Positions 8,839-17,308 of a stretch of DNA of 64,000 nucleotides are shown one piece after another. Both the position numbers and the translations under genes were made by a program. Position 1 is the first letter of the stretch, and each line of letters opens with the position of its first letter. The stretch covers positions 522,235-586,234 of the forward strand of contig CAVZVA010000009.1 of NCBI GenBank assembly GCA_963778655.1. The letters are read 5' to 3'. A model generated the notes under the pieces. The model was not told the DNA's origin, made no database searches, and saw only the letters and a list, made by a program, of their open reading frames with translations. The DNA is from an uncultured delta proteobacterium. GTDB taxonomy: Bacteria; Myxococcota_A; Polyangia; Polyangiales; JAFGIB01.

Positions 8839-11800
8839 TCAGCACGCCGTTCCGCCGTCGGGCAGCGTGTCCGGCGCGTTGCAGCCGCACGCTCCGGGCG
8901 CGGTCTTGTCCGGGTCGGTCGGGCACTTGTCATTGCAGTCGGGCGTGCCGTCGCTGTCGCTGTCGGTCGTGCTGTCGGCGACGCCGCAGCCGCAGAGCCC
9001 GGGGTCGGTCTTGGCCATGTCGTTCGGGCAGCCGTCCATGCAGTTCGCCGTCCCGTCGCCGTCGGTGTCGGTATCGGCGACGCCGCAACCGCACACGCCG
9101 GGCGCGGTCTTGTCCGGGTCGTCGGGGCAGCCGTCGGGCCGCACCTCGCACACGAACGCGAGCGCGTCCGTACACGCGCGGGCGTCCCATGCGCCCCCTG
9201 AGATCGCGGCGCAGTGCGCGTTGCCGCCGGCGCCGCCGGGCTCTCCGGCCGCCCAGTTGGCATATCCGGTCGCCATCGCATTGGCCCAGAACTGCGTGCT
9301 GTCGTCGGCCCAGCGCCAGGTTCCGGCCGCGGCGCTGTCGCTGCCGCCGAGCCAGGCGTCGGCGCTCAGGTGCGACTGCACGAACGCGTTCTCGCCCGAA
9401 TCCCCGATGTCGACCAGGTCGCCGAGCAGTTGCTGCCGGCAATGCGCCTGCGCGTCGCTCCAGCTGCGCGTGGCGGTGCAGAAGAAGTACTCGTGGCCGC
9501 CGTAGCTCTCGCGGGTGCAGCTGGGGTCCGGCAGGCACGGACCGAGACCGCCATTCGCGGGCGGGCTCACGTTGCGCTCGCAGCCGTTGGCGACGTCGCC
9601 GTCGCAATCGTCCCAGCCGCTGTCGCAGCTATCCACCGCGCAGGTTCCGCTGGAACACGAGGGGGTACCATTGGTGACCGTGCACGGAACGCCGCAGTCG
9701 CCGCAGTCCACCAGCGAGGTGAGCGGCTCGCAGCCGTCGCTGGAATCCCCGTCGCAGTCCTTGAAGCCCTGATTGCAGCCGGTCAGCGTGCAGGTCCCGC
9801 TGCTGCAGTCGGCGCTGCCGTTGGCGCGGGCGCAGCTCACGCCACAACCGTGGCAATTGGTCTTGGTATCGAGCGGCGTCTCACAGCCCGCCGTGCTGTT
9901 GCAGTCGCCGTAGCCGTCGTCGCAGCTGTAGCCGCACACGCCGCTACCGCAGGTCGCGCCCGCGACATGGGGATCGGTCGTGCAATCGCGCCCGCACTGG
10001 CCGCAGCTCGCGGGGTTGCTGCGCACGTCGACCTCGCAACCGTTGGCAGCCGAGCCGTCGCAATCCTTGTAATAGGACTGACTGCAGCTTCCGATCGCAC
10101 ACTGATGGTTGCCGGCGCTGCCCGTGCAACTGGGCACCGCGTTCGGCAACATGCATGGCTGGCCGCAGGCCGTGCAATTGCTGGCCGTGCCGAGCTGGGT
10201 CTCGCAGCTCGTGCCGTCGTGGTCGCAATCGGCGCGGTCGGGCGCGCAGTGGTCGACACGGCAGCTGCCGCTCGCGCAGGTCGGGGTGGCGTTGGCGATT
10301 GCACAGCCCATGCCGCACTGCCCGCAATCGCTGAGCGTGGTTAGCGAGGTCTCGCAGCCGTCGCGGTAGTCGCCGTTGCAGTCGGCCCAACCCGAGTCGC
10401 ACTGGGCCTCGCAGTGGCCGTCGCTGCAGGCGAGGGTAGGGCTCGCATGAGGCGTGCTGGTCGAGAGCTCGCAGCTCAGATCGCATGAGCCGCAGTGGTT
10501 GGGGTCGGTGAGCAGGTCGACCTCGCACGGCAGTCCGTCCTGGTTGCAGTCGGCGGTGTTGGGATCCGGGCAGACCACCGCCGAGCAGCGACCGCCGGAG
10601 CACACCGGGGCCGATGTTGCGGTGCAGTCGTTGCCGCAACCGCCACAGTGGGTATCGCTGTTGAGCCGGGTTTCGCAGCCGTCGCTCTCGAGGTCACCGT
10701 TGCAGTCGCCGTAGCCGGGGCGGCAACGCACGAATTCGCAGCGTCCGCTCGCGCAAGACATCACGGCGTTCGGGCGCGAGCACGCTGTGTCGCAACCGCC
10801 GCAGTGCGAGTTGGTCCTGGTCGACGTCTCGCAGCCGGTTTCGACGTCGTGGTCGCAATCCGCGAAGCCGGATGCGCAGGTGGCGTCGCACTGGCCGCCC
10901 TCGCAGCTCGCGCTTGCGACATTGGGCAGGGTGTCGTCGCAGACGTGGCCGCAGGCGCCGCAGCTGGGACTGTGGTCGAGCGACTCGCAGCCGTTGCTGG
11001 GGTCGCCGTCGCAGTCGTCGTAGCCGGGCTCGCAGCTTTGCGCCAGACACACTCCGCTGCTGCAGTCGTCGACCGAGCCGGCGAAATCGCAGGCCTGGCC
11101 GCACGCGCCGCAGTCGTCGACCGTCATCAGGGATTGCTCGCAGCCGTCGTCCGGCGTGCGGTTGCAGTCGCCGTAGTCGGTGAAGCAGGTGCCGACCCCG
11201 CAGGAGCCGAGCTCGCAGCTGGCCGTACCGTTGGCCACGTCGGCGTCGCTGCAGTGAAGGCCGCAACCTGCGCAGTTGTCGAGGCTGGTGGTCGAGGTCT
11301 CGCAGTCGTTCGGGTTGTCGTCGCAGTCCGCGAACGAATCCTGGCAGCCCGTCGGCACGCACTGACCGTCGACGCAGGCCGAGATCGCGTGCGGCAGCGC
11401 GCAGTGGTTTCCGCAGGTGCCGCAATTGTCGGGATCGTCGGGTCGCACCTCGCAGCCGGTAGCCGGATCGTGGTCGCAGTCGCGATAGCCGTCCTCACAC
11501 TCGACGATCAAGCAACCTCCACGGCTGCACGCCGCCACCGCGTGCTCGAGCACGCAACTGGCGTCCAGCTCCTCATCGACCATGCCGTCGCAATCGTCAT
11601 CCTCGCCGTTGCAGACTTCCGGGCAGATGGTGGGACAGGATGCGTTCTCCTTATCAGGGTTCGGTACACAGGGACTCGCGGTGGCGTCGACGCCCGAGCT
11701 CGCGGCTGCGCCGAAGCCCACGCGACGATCGGGCGTGGCGTTGCCGGTAGCCGCTGCGGCGTCGCCCGGCACGGCGGCGTCCCGCAGGTACGCGCGATCG

Positions 11801-11940
11801 CCGACCGCTGCGCTGGCTTCCGTGTTGCCCCCGTCGGAAGGCGGCGATCGCCGGAGCGCGCCGGCGTCGTAGGCGTTACAAGCGACGAGCCAGACGCAGG
11901 CGGCAACAACCTGCCACATATGAGGCGAACAACTGCCCAT
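8839..11940 (-). CDS. giant cysteine-rich repeat lipoprotein with C-type lectin domain and thrombospondin type-3-like Ca-binding repeats
   Basis: ATG 11940 gives MGSCSPHMWQVVAACVWLVACNAY, a signal peptide with lipobox. About 12 repeats of roughly 45-50 aa follow, each containing C-G-x-C-G-x-x-C (CGTCGNHC, CGACGQAC, CGGCGNDC, CGQCGRDC…). This pattern is typical of the myxobacterial Cys-rich repeat. A C-type lectin-like domain lies at 9136-9519 (…WLGGSDSAAAGTWRWADDS…NWAAGEPGGAGGNAHCA…WDARACTDALAFVCE). Asp-rich repeats DTDTDGDGTANC / DSDSDGTPDC lie at 8842-9135. Confidence 0.85.
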   Translation of the reverse strand: MGSCSPHMWQVVAACVWLVACNAYDAGALRRSPPSDGGNTEASAAVGDRAYLRDAAVPGDAAAATGNATPDRRVGFGAAASSGVDATASPCVPNPDKENASCPTICPEVCNGEDDDCDGMVDEELDASCVLEHAVAACSRGGCLIVECEDGYRDCDHDPATGCEVRPDDPDNCGTCGNHCALPHAISACVDGQCVPTGCQDSFADCDDNPNDCETSTTSLDNCAGCGLHCSDADVANGTASCELGSCGVGTCFTDYGDCNRTPDDGCEQSLMTVDDCGACGQACDFAGSVDDCSSGVCLAQSCEPGYDDCDGDPSNGCESLDHSPSCGACGHVCDDTLPNVASASCEGGQCDATCASGFADCDHDVETGCETSTRTNSHCGGCDTACSRPNAVMSCASGRCEFVRCRPGYGDCNGDLESDGCETRLNSDTHCGGCGNDCTATSAPVCSGGRCSAVVCPDPNTADCNQDGLPCEVDLLTDPNHCGSCDLSCELSTSTPHASPTLACSDGHCEAQCDSGWADCNGDYRDGCETSLTTLSDCGQCGMGCAIANATPTCASGSCRVDHCAPDRADCDHDGTSCETQLGTASNCTACGQPCMLPNAVPSCTGSAGNHQCAIGSCSQSYYKDCDGSAANGCEVDVRSNPASCGQCGRDCTTDPHVAGATCGSGVCGYSCDDGYGDCNSTAGCETPLDTKTNCHGCGVSCARANGSADCSSGTCTLTGCNQGFKDCDGDSSDGCEPLTSLVDCGDCGVPCTVTNGTPSCSSGTCAVDSCDSGWDDCDGDVANGCERNVSPPANGGLGPCLPDPSCTRESYGGHEYFFCTATRSWSDAQAHCRQQLLGDLVDIGDSGENAFVQSHLSADAWLGGSDSAAAGTWRWADDSTQFWANAMATGYANWAAGEPGGAGGNAHCAAISGGAWDARACTDALAFVCEVRPDGCPDDPDKTAPGVCGCGVADTDTDGDGTANCMDGCPNDMAKTDPGLCGCGVADSTTDSDSDGTPDCNDKCPTDPDKTAPGACGCNAPDTLPDGGTAC

Positions 11941-12412
11941 CGGAACCGCGCGCGAGTATGCGAGCGCCGGAGCAGTGGATCCACAAAGAGGATCCGAAAG
12001 CAACGCTCGATCGTGCCGTGTTTCGACATGATGACGTGCGTCGGTGTGTCGCCGCGTGACAACACGGAGGTTGTGCCACCAATGTCGGGGGCTCCAAACT
12101 GGGCAAAATGCAGGCATGCGTTCGTGGGTTCGCACGTGCTCGCGAGCAGCGCGCGATCGATCGATGACGAATCCATGACCACTTCTCGGCGATGGCCAGC
12201 CCGCGACCGAGCGGCGGGCGGGGCGCACGCGTTGAAGGCGCTTTCATCTGCGCGGGCGCCGGCGATTCACTTGGCCGCGGGTGCGCGCCGCTCGACTCCG
12301 CATCGCGGCGAACGACAGCCCGCGGTCGAGCTGGCAGCTCGCGGCCGCGGTGCACCGGCAGGTAGCGCAACCTCGCTTCGCGCGCGGCCTCGCTTTTTGC
12401 TATGTGAAGGCC

Positions 12413-13525
12413 ATGCCCAAGCACCTTTCCCCCGACCTGCCCGAGCGCGGCGACCGCGTGAGCACGGCGCTCGATGCGGTCTACAACTGGTCCTACGACA
12501 GCGAGATCGAGGAGCTACGCAACCTCTATATCAAGGGGCTGAACCTGCAGTGGATCGCCTCGCAGGACCTCCCCTGGGAGCAGGAGATCGACCGCGAGGC
12601 GTTTGCGCAGACGTTCTCCATCGGCGGGCTGCCGATCCAGGAGACCGCGTTCTGGGCAGCGCTCGCGCCCGAGAAGCGCTGGGAGATCGCGCGGCGCGGG
12701 GCCGCCTTCACGCTGTCGAACTTCCTGCACGGCGAGCAGGGTGCGCTGATGGTGGCCTCGCAGCTGGTGAACGCGGTGCCGCACATGGACGGCAAGTTCT
12801 ATGCGGCCACGCAGACGCTGGACGAGGCCCGTCACGTCGAGGTGTTCGCGCGCTACATCGAAAAGCTCGACCATATCTACCCGATCGCGCCTTCGCTGAA
12901 GGAGCTTCTCGACAAGACGCTGATGGTCGAGGGCTGGATGCTCAAGGCGGTGGGCATGCAGGTCGTGGTCGAGGGGCTGGCGCTGTACAGCTTTCGCGAC
13001 ATGCGCGAGACCACGCGCGAGCCGCTGCTCAAGCAGCTCCTGACCTACGTCTCGCGTGACGAGGCACGCCACACCGCGTTCGGGATCAAGTACCTGAGCA
13101 GCGTGGTGCCCGAGCTCGAGCCCGCGCGCGTGGCGGAGCTGGAGGACTTCGCGTTCGAGGCCACGCGCATGCTGCTCGACTCGCGTCGCGGCGCCACGCT
13201 CAACAGCGCCTTCTTGCAGATGCTGGCCGACGCCGGGGTCGACCCGGAGGAGCTGGCCAAGGGGCTGCAGCGTGATCAAGACAAGCTGGCGCAGGCGGTG
13301 GCCCGGCGCGGCGGGCGGCTCGGGCCGATCAGCGGCTTCGTGGTGCCGACGCTGCGCCGGATCGGGCTGCTCAGCGAGCGCATCAGCGGTCACTTCCGGG
13401 AGATGTTCGACGCCATGCGCATCTCGCTGCCGCCGCCCGCGATGGGCGGGGCGCCGCTCAATCCGCTCGATGCGCTGGTCGAGCTGCCCGAGGATCTCGA
13501 CGCCTGGGTCAGCGGGCGCGCCTGA
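12413..13525 (+). CDS. ferritin-like diiron-carboxylate protein (AurF/R2-like oxygenase family)
   Basis: ATG 12413 gives MPKHLSPDL. The four-helix diiron ligand pattern E / ExxH / E / ExxH is present: LHGEQGAL, LDEARHVEVF, VVVEGLAL, SRDEARHTAF. Confidence 0.75.
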   Translation: MPKHLSPDLPERGDRVSTALDAVYNWSYDSEIEELRNLYIKGLNLQWIASQDLPWEQEIDREAFAQTFSIGGLPIQETAFWAALAPEKRWEIARRGAAFTLSNFLHGEQGALMVASQLVNAVPHMDGKFYAATQTLDEARHVEVFARYIEKLDHIYPIAPSLKELLDKTLMVEGWMLKAVGMQVVVEGLALYSFRDMRETTREPLLKQLLTYVSRDEARHTAFGIKYLSSVVPELEPARVAELEDFAFEATRMLLDSRRGATLNSAFLQMLADAGVDPEELAKGLQRDQDKLAQAVARRGGRLGPISGFVVPTLRRIGLLSERISGHFREMFDAMRISLPPPAMGGAPLNPLDALVELPEDLDAWVSGRA

Positions 13526-13564
13526 GCGCTCGCGCCGGCACGGCCGGGGCTCAGGCACCGAATT

Positions 13565-13583
13565 CTCCAGGCGTCACCTGGAG
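13565..13583 (+). terminator. candidate stem-loop downstream of the diiron gene
   Basis: CTCCAGG-cgtca-CCTGGAG forms a perfect 7-bp stem about 40 nt after the stop at 13525. There is no U-tract, so function is uncertain. Confidence 0.25.
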
Positions 13584-13659
13584 GCAGCCGTGGCCCTCGA
13601 GCATTGGTTGCCAACCCATAGAAAGGAATGGCTTTTGCGGGATCTGCCGGGCGCCGATC

Positions 13660-13677
13660 CGTATTCTCTAGAATACG
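13660..13677. promoter_or_regulatory. AT-rich perfect palindrome, candidate operator upstream of the TIGR02147-family gene
   Basis: CGTATTCT-CT-AGAATACG has 8-bp perfect inverted arms. It lies about 28 nt upstream of ATG 13705 and is conspicuously AT-rich for this genome. Confidence 0.35.
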
Positions 13678-13704
13678 ATATCAGAAGTAAGCGCGTGGTG
13701 CCGG

Positions 13705-14628
13705 GTGGCCGCCCATGTCAGCTTGCAACGCGTGAGCGCAGAGCCACCCGCGCGGCGACGCAGCCCGATCGACGTCTTCCGCTACCTCGACTACCGGGCG
13801 TTTCTTGCCGATCTCTACCAGGCCAAGAAGCAGCGGGGCTTTTCCTATCGCGCTTTCTCGCGCGCGGCGGGGCTTGGCGCGCCGAACTACTTGAAGCTGG
13901 TGATCGCGGGCCAGCGCAACCTGACCAAGCCGATGGCCAAGCGCTTTGCCGGCGCCTGCGGGCTGCAAGGCGAAGCGGCCGAGTACTTCGAGCGGCTGGT
14001 GGAGTTCAACCAGGCCAGCACGGCGGCCAAGCGCAACGCCAGCTACGAGCAGCTCGGCGCGTTTCGGCGCTACCGCCAGGCGCAGAAGATCGAGCTCGCG
14101 CAGGCGGCCTATCACTCCCGCTGGTACTTGCCCGCCATCCGCGAGCTGTGCGCGAGCCCGGACTTTCGCGAGGACCCGGAGTGGCTCGCGAAAGTGCTGC
14201 TCCCGCCGATCAAGCCCAGTGAGGCCAGGCAGGCGCTCGACCAGTTGCTCGAGCTCGGCCTGCTCGAACGCGATGCGCGCGGCCGGCTGCGGCAGCACAG
14301 CGCGGTGGTGTCGACCGGCCCCGAAACGCGCAACATGAACGTGCGCAACTACCACGCCGAGATGATGCACCGGGCCACGCTTGCGATCGAGCTGGTGCCG
14401 GCCGCGGAGCGTGACATCTCGTCGCTGACGGTGTGCCTGGACGCCGACGGCCTGGCGCGGCTCAAGGCGCGCATCCAGGCGTTCCGGCGCGAGCTGATCG
14501 AGCTGTGCGAGAGCGAGCCCGGCCGCGCGCAGGTCGTGCAGGTGAATTTTCAGCTGTTTCCCCTGTCCCTTCGGATTTCGCCGCCTCGGCGCGGCAGGAA
14601 AGCTGCCTCGGAGGACCCCCATGCGTGA
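13705..14628 (+). CDS. TIGR02147-family protein (putative HTH-containing regulator)
   Basis: The N-terminus …IDVFRYLDYRAFLADLYQAKKQRGFSYRAFSRAAGLGAPNYLKLVIAGQRNLT… matches my recollection of TIGR02147. That family occurs in Fibrobacter, Bdellovibrio and myxobacteria. The overall length also fits. Confidence 0.75.
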   Translation: MAAHVSLQRVSAEPPARRRSPIDVFRYLDYRAFLADLYQAKKQRGFSYRAFSRAAGLGAPNYLKLVIAGQRNLTKPMAKRFAGACGLQGEAAEYFERLVEFNQASTAAKRNASYEQLGAFRRYRQAQKIELAQAAYHSRWYLPAIRELCASPDFREDPEWLAKVLLPPIKPSEARQALDQLLELGLLERDARGRLRQHSAVVSTGPETRNMNVRNYHAEMMHRATLAIELVPAAERDISSLTVCLDADGLARLKARIQAFRRELIELCESEPGRAQVVQVNFQLFPLSLRISPPRRGRKAASEDPHA

Positions 14629-15862
14629 CGTGCTGCGACCGACCATTCGCGTTCTGCTTGCAAGCTTGTGGTACGCGCTGTGCTGCGCGGCGCTGCCGGG
14701 ATGCTTCGCATCGCACGGGGGCCCCAAGGACAGCACCGAGACCGGCAATCCGCCGGCGATTGACAGCAAGCTGCTGTCGCTCGAGGTCAGCGCCGACGAG
14801 GTGCACATCGTCGGCGAGAAGGGCGCGGCCAGCCCCGGCGGCAGCACGATCGAGATCACCAACCTGGCGACCGGCGCGGTGACCAAGGCAAAGAGCGCGG
14901 CCGACGGCTCGTTCGACGTGCAGGTCGACGGCTCGCCCGACGAGGCGTTCTCGCTCACCGTGAGCTCTGGCGGCGCGAGCAGCACGCCGGTCTACGTGGT
15001 GCGCGGCGATGCGGTCGTCGGCAGCGGCAGCGACGGCTCGCTGTCGTGTGCGCAGCGCGAACAGCTGGCGGGCGCGGAGCTGCAGCTTGCGGTGACGAAC
15101 GCGGACAAGGCGTGCATGGTCGATGCCGATTGCCAGGTCGTGCTCCAGGACATCCACTGCAACACCAACGCACTCTGTGGGTCCGCAGTCGTGTCCCAGG
15201 CAGGGCAACGCGCGATTGCCGCCACCACCGCGGCCATCAACATGGCCCTGTGCAACGGGGAAGGGGGCTGCACGGCCGTGGCCGCGTCATGCGCGCTCGC
15301 TCAGCCGGTGGCAGTCTGCGCCGCCGGGCAATGTCAGGCGATAGGAGGCACACAGAATCCGAGCTCGCTCTCCTGCGCGGAGCGCGAGCAGATGGCCGGC
15401 GACCAGATCGCAGCGGCGATCGCCGCGGCCGACAACAGCTGCACGGCCGACGCCGATTGCGTCGCGGCCGCGGCGCAGACGGCTTGCCACGACTCGTGCG
15501 GACCCGTGGTCACCTCGCAGGCGGGCGCGGCCGCCATCGCGGCCGCCGTCGATCGCATCAACAATGACGTATGCGGCAAGTTTTCCGGCGACGGCTGCAT
15601 CTACACGGTGCTGCCGTGCATGCCGCCCCTGGCCGGCACTCCCGCCTGCATGAGCGGACGGTGCGCACTTGCGCAGCCCGGCGCGTGCCCGCCCGACCGC
15701 AAGCTGGCCACGATCTGCACCATGTGCGGGCCGGCTGGGGGCTGCGCTTCGACCGTGCAGACCTGCGCCAAGGTGTGCGGCACCAACGGCGACTGCGCGG
15801 GCGACAGCAACGGGCAGTTCTGCAGCGCGCAGCAGGTCTGCGAGCAGGGCGGCTGCATCTGA
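14621..15862 (+). CDS. cysteine-rich lipoprotein with an internally duplicated roughly 105-aa module
   Basis: MRDVLRPTIRVLLASLWYALCCAALPGCFAS is a lipoprotein signal. Two homologous modules start at SLSCAQREQLAGAELQLAV… and SLSCAEREQMAGDQIAAAI…. The gene overlaps the upstream gene by 8 nt. Confidence 0.65.
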   Translation: MRDVLRPTIRVLLASLWYALCCAALPGCFASHGGPKDSTETGNPPAIDSKLLSLEVSADEVHIVGEKGAASPGGSTIEITNLATGAVTKAKSAADGSFDVQVDGSPDEAFSLTVSSGGASSTPVYVVRGDAVVGSGSDGSLSCAQREQLAGAELQLAVTNADKACMVDADCQVVLQDIHCNTNALCGSAVVSQAGQRAIAATTAAINMALCNGEGGCTAVAASCALAQPVAVCAAGQCQAIGGTQNPSSLSCAEREQMAGDQIAAAIAAADNSCTADADCVAAAAQTACHDSCGPVVTSQAGAAAIAAAVDRINNDVCGKFSGDGCIYTVLPCMPPLAGTPACMSGRCALAQPGACPPDRKLATICTMCGPAGGCASTVQTCAKVCGTNGDCAGDSNGQFCSAQQVCEQGGCI

Positions 15863-16067
15863 CCGGTAGTGGCGCGAGCCGTCGCCCATCGCCCGGATGC
15901 GGTTCAGGGCAACTTCCGGGCGGTTCGGGGCTGCAGCGCAGCGCCGGCTTGACGCCTGTGCGGCCGTGACCGAGAGTACTTGCGTCTTGCGGCCGCCGTT
16001 GCGCGGAGCGCTCGACCGCCTGCGCTTGGCCGCTACCAACGTCGCAACCACCCGGGCACCCCCGACC

Positions 16068-17282
16068 GTGAGCAGCAACGAGATCGAGATCGCGCCGAGC
16101 GGCGTCGACTTCCGGCCCCTGCACGAGCGCATGCAGTGGTACGTCGACCAGGGCATTCTCCCCTGTTGCAGCACGCTGGTGATGAAGGGCACGGAGGTGA
16201 TCGACTTCCGCGCCTTCGGCTACCTCGATCTCGAGAGCCGGCGGCCGCTCGGGCCGGACTCGATCTACCGCATGTACTCCAACACCAAGCTCGTGACCTC
16301 GGTCGCGGCCATGATGTTGTTCGAGGCCGGCCGCTTCGGCCTGGACGATCCGCTTTCCGAGTACCTGCCCGCCTTCGCGCGGCCGCGCGTGCTGAAGCCC
16401 GATGCGCAGAGCATCGACGAGGTGGTGGAGGCGGTCGAGCCCATGCGCATGCGGCACGTGCTCAGCCACAGCGCGGGGCTGTCCTACGGCTTCCTCGAGC
16501 CGACCTCGGTCATCGACAGGGCCTACATCGCCGCCGGGCTGGGCGGCGCGCTCTCTTCCGGGACGCTCGAATCGCTATGCGGCACGCTCGCCAGCTTGCC
16601 GCTCGCCTATCAGCCCGGCAGCAGCTGGCGCTACAGCTTTTCGACCGACGTGGTGGCGCGCGTGATCGAGGTGCTGTCGGGGCTGCGCTTCGACGCCTTC
16701 CTCGAGCGCAATGTGTTCGAGCCGCTGGCCATGCGGGACACGGCGTTCTGGGTTCCGGAGGACAAGCGCGAACGCTTCACCACCATGTACGCGCCGCTCA
16801 ACTTTGTCGACCCGATGCGAGGCGGCCTGAGCAAGGCGGACGATGCGCGCAATGGTCTGTTCACCAAGCCGCCGTCGTTGCTCTCGGGCGGAGGCGGGCT
16901 GGTGTCCACGGTGCCCGACTACCTGAGCTTCCTGCGCGCGATCGTGTCCGGTGGAAGCTGGAACGGTGCGCGCTTGCTCAAGCCCGAGACGCTCGGGCTG
17001 ATGCGCACGAACCAGCTGGCTCCGAACGTGGGCGTGAAGCTCGCGTTCTGGCCGATGCCGAAGACGGTGTTCGGGCTCGGGTTTGCGCTCAAGACCGAGC
17101 CGGTCGGCGATGAGCCCGCCAGCGTGATCGGCGAGTATCATTGGGGCGGAATGGCCGGTACCCATTCCTGGATGGCGCCCCGGGTCGGCCTCACCGGGAT
17201 GTGTCTGACCCAGCTCATGCCGGGCTTCTGGCATCCGTTCAGCCACGACTTCAAGCAGCTCGCCTACGCGCTTGCAGGTTGA
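16068..17282 (+). CDS. serine hydrolase, beta-lactamase (class C/PBP4-like) family
   Basis: The S-x-x-K active-site motif is YSNTKLVTSVA. The surrounding fold-typical sequence is …GYLDLESRRPLGPDSIYRMYS…FGLDDPLSEYLPAF. The start is uncertain: GTG 16068 (VSSNEIEIAPS…) is proposed, and the ORF is open from ATG 15897. Confidence 0.8.
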   Translation: MSSNEIEIAPSGVDFRPLHERMQWYVDQGILPCCSTLVMKGTEVIDFRAFGYLDLESRRPLGPDSIYRMYSNTKLVTSVAAMMLFEAGRFGLDDPLSEYLPAFARPRVLKPDAQSIDEVVEAVEPMRMRHVLSHSAGLSYGFLEPTSVIDRAYIAAGLGGALSSGTLESLCGTLASLPLAYQPGSSWRYSFSTDVVARVIEVLSGLRFDAFLERNVFEPLAMRDTAFWVPEDKRERFTTMYAPLNFVDPMRGGLSKADDARNGLFTKPPSLLSGGGGLVSTVPDYLSFLRAIVSGGSWNGARLLKPETLGLMRTNQLAPNVGVKLAFWPMPKTVFGLGFALKTEPVGDEPASVIGEYHWGGMAGTHSWMAPRVGLTGMCLTQLMPGFWHPFSHDFKQLAYALAG

Positions 17283-17308
17283 GCCGGCGCCGCCGTCGTG
17301 CCGGCCGC

